Below are positions 1-14,703 of a stretch of 60,701 nucleotides of DNA, one piece after another. The position numbers and the translations under genes were made by a program. The first letter of the stretch is position 1; every line of letters starts with the position of its first letter. This stretch comes from Bigelowiella natans CCMP2755 (taxonomy: Eukaryota; Protista; Cercozoa), in NCBI GenBank assembly GCA_000320545.1, contig ADNK01000576.1, forward strand, positions 1 through 60,701, given 5' to 3'. Below the pieces are notes generated by a model that did not search any database, was not told where the DNA came from, and was given only the letters and a program-made list of their open reading frames with translations.

Positions 1-60
<60 letters not shown>

Positions 61-68
61 AAAATCTA

Positions 69-118
<50 letters not shown>

Positions 119-178
119 GTGTATATGCATGTGTATGTATATGTATACCCACCCCCCCCCCCCCCCCCCCACACACAC

Positions 179-260
<82 letters not shown>
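1..260. repeat. Compound microsatellite block (TA)n-(GA)n-(TC)n-(CA)n-polyC-(TA)n, representative of dozens of intronic SSRs across the window
   Basis: Direct read. Confidence 0.95.
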
Positions 261-263
<3 letters not shown>

Positions 264-270
264 TATTTAG

Positions 271-1820
271 GTTCTCGTGAATGTGGCGAAGGGGAAAGTT
301 GACCATTTTCGAAGACGATTTGATCCGACCACTTCAACTTCAAGGTTACTTTTCTCATCTATCTGAAAATCTCATATCAAGAACTAACGATTTTTGGTTT
401 TTCATCAGATTCATTCCCAATAACGCCGTGGTTATTGTAGCAAATTCATCGATGCTTAGGGTACCTCAACAATCCCCCCTCCATTTTGAACTTAATGCCT
501 CATTCATTTCTTCTCGTTGAAGAATATCTGTTTAAGTTGAAGGATATTTGTTTGAGATCAATCTACTCTCACTCTTTCAGGAAGTAGAAGAATATGAGCA
601 CGTCTCCTGGATGGCACACATGTTAGTTGCTATGTCTTTAAAAAAGAGTTAAATTTTAACTACTTGTACACACGTTCGAATGGGTGGTGAGGAATTGTAT
701 TTTTTTATTGATCTATTGACTTATACTTTGGAGTAACGCTCGCTTTTTCGGGAAGACTAAAAAGAAGATGCATACAAAAGCAACATAGGAAGACAAAAGT
801 GAATGGACGAATCATACATACAACAAACATACACAGGCGCTCAGAATGGAAAGTAGCTCAAGATCTTAAGCATCATGTCCTCCTCTTGCAACAAAAAGAA
901 ATTGCACAAACGCCAAAGTTTTCGACAAAACTGGTGCAAATACGCGTCATTTTGCTTGGAGGGGATGTGTCGGCTACAATCGCGAAAGAGTGGTATTTTA
1001 TATTTCAATGTATGACATTGAATCGGGCCTTTAAGAGGGCACACTTCTCTTGCTATTTCCATCTTCTTCTCCTTCGCTTGTGTGCGCGTGCGCGTGGGTT
1101 CGTGGGTTTCTGTGTGCGTGCCTGCATCAGGGAGTCAACGTGGGGAATCAATTTCCTATCCTATGCCCCCGGGGAGATACTCTTCCAAACATCAAATACA
1201 AATGTCACAGAGATTGTGGAGGTGTGTACCGTCAACCACCATCAATTGGAAAGAGGCAGAGAGGAAGAGGGGGGCCTTAGGAAGGATATTACTGCATCTT
1301 GTGTCCAATGAAATGTTATCAACTTCTTCCGTCTTCCTTATTGCCTAGCTCGTATATCTTTCAATCTTATGTTGACACTTCCCCCCCCCCCCCCCCCCTC
1401 CCCCACTGGCTGCTATGGTCTTTCCAATAGGCGATCCAAAGTCATGAGAATGTGCACTGGATTGAAAGGGTATGAATACTATAGTCGCCGGCGCTGAAAA
1501 GCTTAAATACCAAAAAATAAATTTATGCAGTTACTAACCATTTAGTCACTTACTCGAAAGCGAGACGAAACAGTAGGTTTCACGGTGGCATTTGAATGAG
1601 GAAAATATGTGGCGGTACCCACAAATCTCCCCTGCTACAGACAACTACCACGAGTGCAACGACGGCTGTTCTGTTGTTGAAAAACGTGTGTCTAATCCAT
1701 TTAAGGTTCATGAGAAGAAACCTATGAACTGGATGGGAGCCAAATCCCTACAGGGAGGGCCGAATAGGTGACGATGCTGAAAACACGATCAAACACATAG
1801 AGAGAGCGAAAGAGAGAGGA

Positions 1821-1896
<76 letters not shown>

Positions 1897-3133
1897 TATT
1901 TACGTCCGCACATATCCTTTTGTATTTTCAAATTATATCATCAATCTTTCATCCTGCAGCTCTCAGCCGTTGAAGATATGGGACAAGGGTATCACCGGAA
2001 AGGGCCAAAAAGTACACGAACCCGCACCTATACTGCTCAACATTAGCTAACCTCGTCGCTGCGGCATGTTGCATACATCATTGCTTTCCAATACCATCAG
2101 GAAAGTGTGAAGCATAAATGTTGTTTTCCCCATATCCAATCACCCCCCTCACGCTGTCCCTCACGCTGTCTTCTTTCAATCCATATCGCCAGGTCCATGT
2201 GTGGGACAACGGGTCGTGCAAACCACTGAGAAATAGGACAAATACAGCATGCATCTTTCCCCACTCGCTATTGTTGTAATTGGTCTCTCTCTTTTTATTG
2301 TCATCTCTCATGGCTTTCCCCGCCGTTGTTCATTCGTCCTAGGTTGGATTTGACTCACTGTTTCTTCCAACCGTCGTCGGTTCCCGTGTGCGAGAGGTGC
2401 GGGCGCTCCACATACTACGAGCAAAGCGTCAGCCAGGCAACTGCTTTAGCCGATTATTGGAAGAATAAGGCATGCCAGTCGAGTTTCTGGGATGAATACG
2501 TCGATCAGGTGACCGCGAAGTATTACTCATCGAGACGCACGCCTTCTTCTCACATACCTAATACGTCTCATCAGAGCTACACGGCAAAGCAGTACATCCG
2601 CTACTTCCTGTACTACTACACGGGAAATTACACGATATATTCTTTCACCAACGCGCAGTTTACTGGTAACAAAATAGGGAAGAAACATGTTTTTGCGCCA
2701 GCAGACACCATGATCTGACTAGATCAAACTTGCTAAGCATTTGCCTACCTATACAAATATTCCAACATGCACATTTCATCTGCTGCTCCCGGGCCTCATT
2801 CTTCAAAGGACGCGCAAAATCTAATCTCCTGCCCTTCCTCTTGGAACAGTATGGCATTAGCTTACTCGATTTTGTCGGTGATGCGACTCCCTCCACCTCC
2901 TCCTCAGAAACATACTGTCCCCGGTTTACGAACATCGCCAACTACTCTTGCATCATTGATCGGGAGACGGGAAGTGACGTGTACGCAAAGGCCTTCAGAG
3001 CCATGCTTATAGACATTGGCTCATCACCAGGCAGGCTATATTCTAGTTAATTGATTTATGCATTGTGAGGCGGGGCACATAATATCTGTGGGGGGGGGGG
3101 GGGGGGGATATATACATATGAAATATATTATGT

Positions 3134-3185
<52 letters not shown>

Positions 3186-3871
3186 ATATAAAGGCTGTGC
3201 TTCTAACCCTCCTTGGGTTTCGAGGAGTGGACAGATATCCTGCTCCATCACAGGTGTGCAGCTACTCTCTTAGCATGCATGGTGCGCACAGGGAGGGGGT
3301 TTCAAAAAAATGTCCTCAATCGATGAAGAACCTCTGACTTGGATATGATGTGATAATCAACGCATGTGTAATGTGACACCCGCTTTGTCGTCCGTTGATA
3401 GGGACAGGATGCGACACGCTTGCTACGGATCAAAGAAAGGTATCATCCCAGTGCAACATGGCTATGTGGCATACACTGACTCTCGCGCTACTACTACTAC
3501 TACTACTACTACTACCACTACTACTACTTCTGCTACTAACACAACGTCACACGATGATGATGCACACTGCGCGCCAGGTCCAAGCGTATCTTCTGAACAC
3601 GGACGCCAAAGACTACAAGTCGCACGGAACGCATGTCTCCGGGTAGTAGTAGTAGCCATGATGTTTTTCCTATGTTGTAAATCGTCGTGCAGTAGCTCCT
3701 ATTCGCTGGTGTGCGCGTGCAGCTGCGTCGCGGCTTCTTTCCGTCTGTCACCCTTTCAGCGGTCCGAGACTCAAAATCACAATCTATCGTGTGTGGGCAT
3801 GCCTTTTGTTTGCTGCTCTGCACACTGCACACAACAATGAAAAGCTTTCGCACATATTGTAATCTATTATG

Positions 3872-3907
<36 letters not shown>

Positions 3908-4130
3908 ATATACTAAATCGCCATTCAGATCTGTAGCTGGCTACGCAGCGAACGCCAACGCGTCTATCAATAGATTCAAAGGACAAGCGTATGAGGCCGA
4001 CCTTATTTTTTCCTCTGGGTATATAATGGGAGCTTCGATTTGAGAGCGGAGGGCTAGACTCGAATAGCAAATGTTTTCTCTGCACTTACAGACGCTACAC
4101 GCAAAGCACAAAGATGGCATTCTGATATTC

Positions 4131-4191
<61 letters not shown>

Positions 4192-4605
4192 TGTTGTATA
4201 AATAAAAATGCGGGGGTGAGCGAGATCCCGCAAGTTTCGCCGTATGTGTGTGGGGCGCCGCGCGCCCGCGCACGCGCGCGAGAGAAAAAGAGGGGGGAAT
4301 ATATATGCGGGCGCACGCTCTTACTCTACCGCTGTCGCGACAAATGCACATCTAGCAGTGTGCGAGTGTGCGTGCGCGTGTGTGTGTGTGTGTGTCTCTG
4401 TGTGTATGTCAACATATATCTTGTACGCTTTCTCCACATCTCACAATTGGTTTCCTTGCAGCTACAACACTGGCTCTGCGGATATCGATAATTTTATGCA
4501 CACGAATGAGGATTCCCTCGTCTTGTTTGCTGCCGGTCAGCTGCCCTCCCTCATACTTCCACACGCACCCGAGCTCACACATACACTGAAATCAACGATT
4601 TGGTG

Positions 4606-4647
<42 letters not shown>

Positions 4648-4772
4648 CTTATTTTATGATGAACACACACTTTCCAGGCAACGGCGGGCTCAATGGTGAC
4701 AGATCGCTGGGGTGCTACATATAACTAATTCAGCAATGAAGATCACTTCTCGAATATATACATATATACATA

Positions 4773-4812
<40 letters not shown>

Positions 4813-5293
4813 ATATAACATATTCGTATTATATTCATATATATTGAAAAAGATGTATTAGATGCCACTTCGTAGCGTCAATATGAACCTTCGTCAGAGA
4901 CTCACACATTAAGCAGCAGCAACTAATAGCAACACGGCCTTTCCTTCCCCCCCTCATACAACTAAAGGACTCAAGCATGTTCAAAGAACTCTCTAGTTGT
5001 CGGAGCAGCGTCTCAGCCGAGCGCCTACAATATCGATGTACGCCGCCACAACAACTAACACGAGGCACAGAACATTCTTCGTAACACAATCTGAACCTGC
5101 AAGCACCTGCCATCATGCGGCTATACTCACTCTTCCCCCCCCCCCGCTTTTCTCTGCCGCAGGTTGGCGTCCAGGAGGCCTCGCGTAGGGCACGCTATAC
5201 AATATGGACCCGGATTTGTTCCGCACAGGTAAAAATGGAAGGGGTTGTGGCGGTGATCTTTTTTATGAACATAGAAAGAAAGAGAGCGAGAGA

Positions 5294-5334
<41 letters not shown>

Positions 5335-5613
5335 GGTCGCATGCTCACATCTGCTCTGCGTTCTCTCCTCCTCTCACTCAATTCCGCTGCAATGGACGTT
5401 GTTTTTGGGGCAGGCCTTGACCGCGAACAATAACGATTTACTCACGGTACGTTCCAAACGATAGTTAGACGCATCTATCTTCGCACACCACACCATCATC
5501 GTTATCTTCATCATGCTCGTTACCTTTTCAGGCTATAAACGCAGTCGTATCCGCACTGTGCAGCCAGACATTTGCATCAGCAGCAGACGTTGTTAGGTGT
5601 GTTGCCTCGATAT

Positions 5614-5668
<55 letters not shown>

Positions 5669-6891
5669 CGGTTTATGCGACCGTTGAGAGAATCGGGGGG
5701 GGGGGGGGGAGGGTACAGAATACTCCCTGAAGAAATGCATGCGTGTTTTGTATTGTGAGCATCCGATTCAGATCTGGAGGGGGGTGGGAGAGAGCGAGAG
5801 AAGACTTATTTAAATTATAATTGCAGCTACTATTGCGATGGAAATAAGATCGACAACGACGCAACTTACCAGCAATGGGCTTGCTTAGCTCTTAATATAT
5901 CAAGCGGCGTAGGTTGTAAGGTTGGTTAGCTACGCACTCTGATGATGATGTTTTTCCAATGCATATGTACGCGCTCTACCGATACAAAAATGTACGGCAT
6001 ATTTGCGCTGCAACGGCGCTGTGTTCTCTCCTACCCGGCTATATGTGACCATGTATCTCTTTGGATCTCCGCCTCCTTAGTTCATCCTTCACTTGGCCTT
6101 CTGCCCCTCCCTCTTCTCACCCGCATCACCTCATCTTACGATAGGATTATGCCCTGACCTTCCTGGAAAAACAGAAATTCGACGTGCCATTCTCGTTCAA
6201 TGATGCATGTGGTAATGCGAGCTCATAGACCGCCATTGTCTTCTGAACACCCCTGTCGTCGTGTCACTATTCAACATGCCCTGCTGCTGTGTTTCTATGG
6301 ATTTTGAGAAAGAGGAAGAGAATGCTACTTCTCCCTCTTCTTCTTCTTCTTCTTCTTCTTCTTCTTCGTCTGAATGTATCCTGCTGATCCTGTTGCAAAT
6401 GAGCTGCGAATATTTCTTCCAGGGAATCTCAACAGAGCGGAGATTACAGATGGAACTAAAAACGGCATCATTGGCGACGACGTTATGGTAAACACACCTG
6501 GCAGTTATACAACATCTTACTTCGCGTTGGAGGTCGTAGTAGTCTGAGTGATGGCGCTTCGATAAATAGGCGGATTTTTCCAGTCGAGGCCCCGCACCAG
6601 ATAACCGTAGCATTTAACCAACCCCCACCCCTGCAATATACACCTTTGTACACACGCCATTCCCATTTGTTCGATTTGGGAGTGGAAAGATGATGAATAG
6701 AACGTTGTTTTGATTGCGACCGATGATGCATGCATCACAGGCATCAAGCCCGACGTGGTAGCCCCAGGCAACTACGTTGTTAGTTCCCTCGGTGAGAAGA
6801 AAAAATATTAAGAAATGCCATCCTATTCAACCCTAATGCTACCATCCACCGAGCAAGCCATTCAAGATTCCAAAACAACTCATATATGTAC

Positions 6892-6933
<42 letters not shown>

Positions 6934-8726
6934 CGTAATGTATGTTTCCCCGCCACCGTGATTCGGAAGATCATAATCATTACCACTTCTATCGTGGGTA
7001 TTATTTGCACACCTCTCTTACCAACACCCCCCTTCTGCAGGCGACGACAACGTCAATAGCTACCAGTGCACGGATCAATGCGCCAACCCTACGCTTGGAG
7101 CTGGCTTGCACCCAGGGTCGACTCAACTTTGTAACAAAATCGAAGAGCAGCATGTCCTTACACATCTATCGTGTAGTATCTAAGTTCGCCTCCTTGCTGC
7201 TTGTGGTTGTGGTGGTGGCGCGGCGCTCCTCTTCCTCCTCCTCCTCCTCCTCCTCCTCCTCCTCCTCTTCCTCACATCAGACTGGCACGAGACGCGGGCA
7301 CTTCGATGGCGACCCCCCTGACAGCTGGAAGTATCGCTCTAATCCGGTAATTTTCCTGCTGCGCGGAGTCATTCGTCTACGACAAAGCACTGGGAAAAGG
7401 CTAATGAAGCGAATATTATTTAGATGCATGCGTGTATAAATAGAGTTTATGTAATAGTGGTATATATATATATGTGTGCGTACTCTTATACATACATATT
7501 CTTCCAGGCAATATTACACAGAGGGCTGGCACGTGAATGGGGTGAAGGACGTCTCGAGTAAGTAGCTAGAAGTTGGTAGGATATGTCTATAAAGTACCTT
7601 TGCTGGGTTGCAAATAAGCTCACAGGGCAACAATATCTCACCTCTGTGTGTCTCCCTCCTCTGGCTCCTCCCGGCCGATGATTTACTTCTACATTCTTTG
7701 ATGTGTGGTTACTTATGGTCGTTCGTGCCCCAGACGGCATAACCCCCTCATCGGCGCTGCTCAAGGCGACGGCGATAGCCTCCACAATACCTGTCCGAGG
7801 TCGTCCGTGAACCATGCTTTCGAAAAGATAACTTATCTCGAGGCTTGCCCCCCCCCGATTTGAACAAACGACAACGATTCAAAACATTCCACTTTTCTTC
7901 GGCTGCTTCATTGCGTCTTACAGTCCTCGTCATGTATATCGTAGACTAGTACGGTGTATGCGCAGAGCCTTCGTCATCAGCCTTTTGATTGCTTTCTGTA
8001 GTAGACAAGGCCGGTTTGTTGTTTATGTCTCGCTTTACCACCTCAGGGAACGTTTCCGTCGTAATTGGAGGACAACGCACCTACAGGTGGTTTCGTGATA
8101 GCAATGCCTCTTGAAAATATCAACACACCCCAAATCGCACACACACACACACACACATGCACATGCACATGCACATGCACACACACACACACATGCACAT
8201 GCACATGCACATGCACATGCACATGCACATACATGCACATGCACACACTTTACATATAATACATGCCGCTTCGTCCCACCACACATTTCCAGGCCCGTGA
8301 CTTCCAGCGCCGATTACGTTTATCACACCGGCTTCGGGCACGTACGTCTGGCAAGCATTTTGTCATTTGCAGGAGATTCGTTCAAGGTTGGTGCAAATAT
8401 AGGAGGGGTTGGGGCAGTAGCAGGATAGGCGGATGAAGATGCTTAAATAGTCCCGCAAGCAGCTGCCAATGCGATTATTACTCCTCTCCTTTTGCTCCCA
8501 CCTTCCCTTGCAACACACCGCCGCAACCACTCTCAGATACACGTGGTCGACAAAAAGAACATTAGTTCGGGCGGCTCTCAATGCTACAGGGTCTCGACGC
8601 CTTCCCCCTCTTCGAGCATGTTTGAAGTCGCTTCAACACTGGTAGTCTGTTCTTCTTCGCGGTATTAGCTTGGAAAGGGAGATGCCATGAAGAAATAACT
8701 ATAATGTGTACATTTGCGTGTGTGTA

Positions 8727-8760
<34 letters not shown>

Positions 8761-10658
8761 TGTATGCTTACGTGTGAATCTCCTCATCATTCACAAGTGG
8801 AGTTTATCTTTCGCTGCTGATTACACTGGTAATGCAAATGCTACCTGTTGTTGTTGCTGCTGCCACTTACTTCAACTCCTCTGTCCTCGACTAGGTGTGG
8901 ATTGACCCCCCTGCCACTCCTTCGGCATCGAAGCAACTTGTAAGCTCAAGATACAGTATACAACATCCCTTGTCGTAACCATGTGCGTGTTTTGCGTGTG
9001 TAGTACCTGTGCATTTAAATCCAATATTCAAACAATACAAATATTAAATCGAAAAAGGTGAACGACCTCGACCTGACCTTGTTGAACCACAGCCACAGCG
9101 TAAAAGGTAAACAAGATTCCAGCAACCCAATAGTGGGAATAGAGACAACTTGGCGAGAACGAGTTAGTAGGAAAATACCCTCAAGTTTCTCTTCCAAGCC
9201 ACGGAGGAGATAGGACTCCATTGACCGCATGCTAGCCTAAAATATAATGCGAGCGTGTGTCGATGAACCCGAGAATGACGTGCCATCTTGATACGCTTCG
9301 ATGTTACTCACACCACAAGGAAACGAGAAGGTTTTGCAACGCTTGGGGAGGGACTCAACCAATAACGTGGAGAAGGCATGGCTGGGGGGAACTGAAATCG
9401 AGATTCGGATCGATGCACAAGCCCTCAACGTCGGATCAGCGCAGAAATACGCCCTTGTGGTATGATATGTGCGCGTGTTTTCCTCCTGGATGACAACTGC
9501 ATATGATCTGCACGAACACCTATATCCGGATACGAATAATGAAGTGAATTGAATACTTTGCGCCAAGTGATTACTCCCGTCGAGCCCTCTCGCCACCGCT
9601 ATCATATCTGCCATCGTCATCATCATCATCATCATCATCATTATCATTCCCATAATTTTCATCCCCGTCGATACCGCAATCAGCACCAGCACGAGTACAC
9701 TCTTCATACGCATTTGCGGCATACAATTTTCGCTATCCCCATGCCCCATCACAGACCCTGGCTCCTAGCGCGGTCACGATAGCTCCTTCCCCGTGCAGCT
9801 TAACAGCGGTGATAGGATGCATTTTTGTTCTCGTCCCCTTCATGGGTGATGAAAGGGGCTATGTATTTTGACTTTATGATTTATAATATCAGGCGCCAAC
9901 GGTGGAAGCACCGAGCTCTAGTCCAACCTCTTCTCCGGCGACCGCTGCTCCAAATTTCATAAGTAAATGCATCCAATCGGAATCGGGAGGAAGGGGGAGG
10001 GGTAGAAGATGAGTGGAAATGAAGAAGATTACAGCGAGATATACATCAACCAAGGGACAACTTCGATTCCAGAAATTTAAGCTGTGCCTGCTACGATATT
10101 CTGCTATGAAATGGTGTGAAGTGTGGTGCTGACCTACTGAGTACAACTGCTGTTTGTTGCTGTCTCTGTCGTGTGATTTAAATAGGCAATTGCACAAGCA
10201 TTTTGAGTATCAGTCCAAACCAAACCGTCTATCGTGGTCTTCCACAAAACAATATAAGTAATTCTCTTACCGTTATTATTTCTTTGATGGAGAATCGCAA
10301 GGGGGGCGTTGGAGCCGCTGCCTAAAGCGCGATTTACGCGCTAGCACTCAATGACTGCATATTCGCGAGAGTAAATGAGTCGAAGTATGAATTATGTGTT
10401 TTTGAGGTAGTACTTTGTGATTGCATGTGTGCACTCAGAATGCCGCTTCTTGGTGCCCAATGTATTCAAAATCGAGTTCTCGTTGTTCTATCTCGAGAAC
10501 AACTACGATTTCCTCTACGTCTACCCGTACGGGGCAGATATCAAGTAATGTGAAGAATAAGCCCCTATCCCTTATGCATTCCCGTACTTACTTCACGATA
10601 GCTGCTACTAACGATTGCTATAAACATTGCCCACACACACGCGCACCCCTCCCACACA

Positions 10659-10707
<49 letters not shown>

Positions 10708-12385
10708 GCAAACTAATAAAGTACACTCCTCCCCAAAAATGAAATAATTTTAGTTTCCCCCTGCCGAGCGCTACGAAGCTAACTGGAGACTTAACTGCCA
10801 GCAAAAGGACCTTCGCCGCCGGCTTCGGTCCTCGTTGATATGATTGCTGCTGCGTGTGCCGTGCGCATGATGCTATCTGCTGTGGGGATGTGCTGTTTCG
10901 TTTTCCTATTCGTTCCTACACCTCCAAGATCTATCTATTACGGCGGGTTGCCAGTACTCATCCATCGTCCATACATGCTCGCGTCGTGACCATTCTTAGA
11001 CGGCATGGCAATGTACTACACGACGGACTATTCAACGTCTTACTCAGGTAGTAGGGAAGCTGTGATGTGAATGGGGTGTGGTGCGCGTTGACTGTGTGTA
11101 TGGTGATGAAAAGAGTATTCTTGTCCTGTTTCCTTTCCGAGCCGTGGGTCTCACGCCCTTCTCCCTGCGTCCAATGCCATCTACCCCTCCACAACACGCT
11201 GCTGATACACGCTTCATAGGCTTCAGATTCAAGGTTCTTCCCATGGACTGTGCGAATACTTACACATCGGAGCGAGTTGGAGGTAGCCAAACGAGACATG
11301 AAAGAGCATGAAGGGGGGAAAAACGCCGCAGACGACTTTTGGAACAATTCTTCGATATGTGTATGCGTGCGTGTGCGTGCGTGTGTGCTCATGTGTGTCT
11401 GTGTATGAGAGAGAGGAGAGAGAGAGGGAGAGAGAGAGTGTGTGAATAGTAGGATAGATTTTTGTCCCCCGCATATTGACCGCTGTCGCTTGGGAAAAGT
11501 ATGTTCATCTACTTCCTAAGAGCTACTCTCAGCTCATACATGTCCCCCGCATGTTTATCACTCTCGTCTTCCTACCTTGCGAACAATACAAAGGTAACAT
11601 GTACTACAACTCGAGCTTCAGAGCGGGCATCAACTGCAACTTCACCATTATGGTATTTCCTATCCAACCTTTGCGGGGAACGAAAGACTCATAAAGAGAG
11701 GGAGAAGGGTAGAGAAGGCAAACGAACGAGGCTTTATTCTCGACACCACCTATCTATCAGGCAGAAGAATTATTCGTGACGTACATCAATCTCCCTGTCG
11801 CAAATCGTCTATGGATAACTAACGGCACCAAGGTAGTAAGCACTTTCCTTGCGAGGAGGAGGCCACTAACGGCGAAAACGATGGTCCTGTCGCTAATCCT
11901 TACTCTCCGCAAACGGAGACACATGTCGCACCACTATGATATTACCACTCGAAGGAGACGTGATCATCTCTCCGCCCCCCGCCCCGTTCGTTGCCGTCGG
12001 CAATGCTTAGGCATTTTATTTCGATGGGACGAGCATCGCAACCCCCCATTTAAATTCAACATCGGGCTCCTTCGAGGTCTACTGGAGCACGGACGATGCC
12101 CTGAGCCATCCTTACGGTAGCAAAATCCCAACGGCCAGATCCCTGAAGGAACGCCATCTGTAGAGGAGGGAGGGAGAGAGTGGGAGAGAAATAGAGAGGG
12201 ATTGAAAATATATCCGCGCTGGGCCGTGGCATAGAGCGCCGGCCGCGCCGCCAAGTCGGGGGGTCATACTCTCTCTTCCTCTACTGCGCTCTAGTCGCTG
12301 GCCAGTTAGTACTCGCGACGATCTGTGACGTGTCGATGATGGAATTGCGTGTTCGTGGGGTAGTAAGATGACTTTGTGCATGTGG

Positions 12386-12432
<47 letters not shown>

Positions 12433-14662
12433 GTTTTCCAAAAGGTTGGAGGTTCTACACACCGGATATTACGACCAAATCGCCAACCATTACGAGAAAC
12501 CCCACGGTCTCTCCGTCTACCATGACTCCTACGACGCATCCTGTGACCACATCGCCAACAACGCAAACCCCGACAGTCTCTCCGGCTACCATGACTCCCA
12601 CGACGCATCCTGTGACCACATCGCCAACAACGCAAACCCCGACGGTCTCTCCGGCTACCATGACTCCCACGACGCATCCTGTGACTAAATCGCCAACCAT
12701 TACGAGAAACCCCACGGTCTCTCCGTCTACGTCACCCACCATGACTCCCACGACGCATCCTGTGACCAAATCGCCAACAACGAACATCCCAACGGTCTCT
12801 CCGTCTACGTCACCCAGCATGTCTCCCACAATCACGAAAACCCTGTATGTGTCTGCGGAGATCAGTTCCAACCTCAATTGTGGTATTACTATCAGCACAG
12901 CCTTAGTGATAGTTCTGTCGGGGAAAACCAGCTGCATTCATGGTGTATGTGAACCAGTATTGTGAGAGAAAGAGCAAACATTTGTAACCATACGTAGTGT
13001 GTATGTGAGAAGTTAATGGTGAGAGTCTCTTGTTGATCAAGATGATGATGTGAAGCTGGAAAGACATGAAATTGGGAGCAGCATCGGCTTTCGATTCACA
13101 TCACTTTCTCAGGATGTCAATGGTCTGCTGCCGTACAATAATAACCTATGCAGGTGACAATACCACGAGTCTGATATGGAATACACGCGTCGAACTGGCT
13201 AGCTCAGCAGGTGGTGGTGGTTGTGGTAATTAATGGTGGTAAGTTTGGACGTGTTCTTGATGTTTCTCCGTGAAATGCTATTCTTGAGCAGGAAGAGATA
13301 TGGAAAGCGTTACCGTTGCGTCGATGTGCGGAAGAGAGTCCCGCGCCCCAGTGCCTCTGTCCCAAGAAGAAGAAGGAGGCGACGGCCATGTGACGGTGAA
13401 CCCATCCAACATGCACAACACCATGGCTGCTACGAAATGGGCACAGGCATGAATGCACACATTATTATTATTATTATTATTATTATTATAGGTAGATAGG
13501 TAGATGTAAATACGTGATGGGATGCAGATGAGATGAAGAGGCAATGCACACTCTAAATTATCTTCCAATACAGGAGCAGCACCAGAAAGAGGTCCACACC
13601 CTTGCTCAGCAGGTTGTTCTCCAATACCGCGTCTTCTTCGAATCCCAGTCATCGGCACAGAGCTACGTCACACAGGTTGGTTGCGCGGGGTGCGGGGAGT
13701 TTGTAGCCCTTCCCCTTTCGTCAAATACCTATCAGACAGAATTTCAAGCACAACGAAACGTGCCAAAACTCCCATGTTTCCCTGCCGGGGAAGTGATGTT
13801 ACATATCCTGCTGATCTATTCTTGCGATCATTGCGCTTCATTTAGTATTGCACATCTGATTTGAGTTATTTCTTGATCAAGGCCGCTGATTTAAGCTCTA
13901 TCTTCTCGGCATCTTACCGCAGCACCTACCAACCAGGTATCCATCCACAATAGCAACAGCGACCCTTAGCAGTAGTGAATGTAGGTAGCTGGCGTCTTAT
14001 TTTTGTAGTTGTCGCAGTCGCTGTTGGAGTGGGGAATATGATGATGGGGCTCTTGCGCATGGAGAGTGCATATGACGATGAGCATTTATGAAGATTGAGA
14101 TGGCGGGAACGTGGTGCGTGCGTGTGTGTTTCATATCTGGCGATAGCAATCGTTGTGGCAGCCGCCATGGCGCAAATCACGGACTCTCCCACCACCCAAG
14201 CTCCATTGATTTCATCGTCGTCGTCTTCGAGTAGTAGTAACTCCTCGAATCTCGGTAAGTGGAAAGTGTCAAGTATTGATGGGTATCAAGTAGCTGCCCC
14301 GATAAAACTGGGCACGATGCTTGACTTGTTTCGTTTTACGTTTGAAGAGATCGCACGAGAGAAGCGGTTGGCCGTAGTAATTTGTTTCAGGGTTATCGGC
14401 CTAGTAGTCGTGAGAATTCAAATTAGTAACATTCAAGAACGATGTGAATCTGATTCTCAGGGTAGTCACTCTTGTGTGGAATGATGATAAAAAACGACAG
14501 GTTCTATCGTGGGTGGCGTGTTGGGAGCAGTAGCGGCTATTGCTATTATAGGTTCGTCTGTAGATGGAAGGGTGCTGTCGTTGATTCTCTTCTTTAGATT
14601 TCCACCGTAAAAAGTTTTATCCAATATTTGGTATCTCTACCAAGAAAATGTGACGATGACGT

Positions 14663-14703
<41 letters not shown>

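Noticed and set aside
3036-8905. Numerous ORFs with YIYI, CVCV, HTHT and RERE runs (here and throughout the window)
   Set aside because: They are translations of dinucleotide microsatellites in introns.
12306-12937. Repetitive ORFs on the minus strand and in alternative frames; possible CRISPR-like array
   Set aside because: The 69-bp units are contiguous with no unique spacers, and they encode the Thr/Pro stalk on the + strand.
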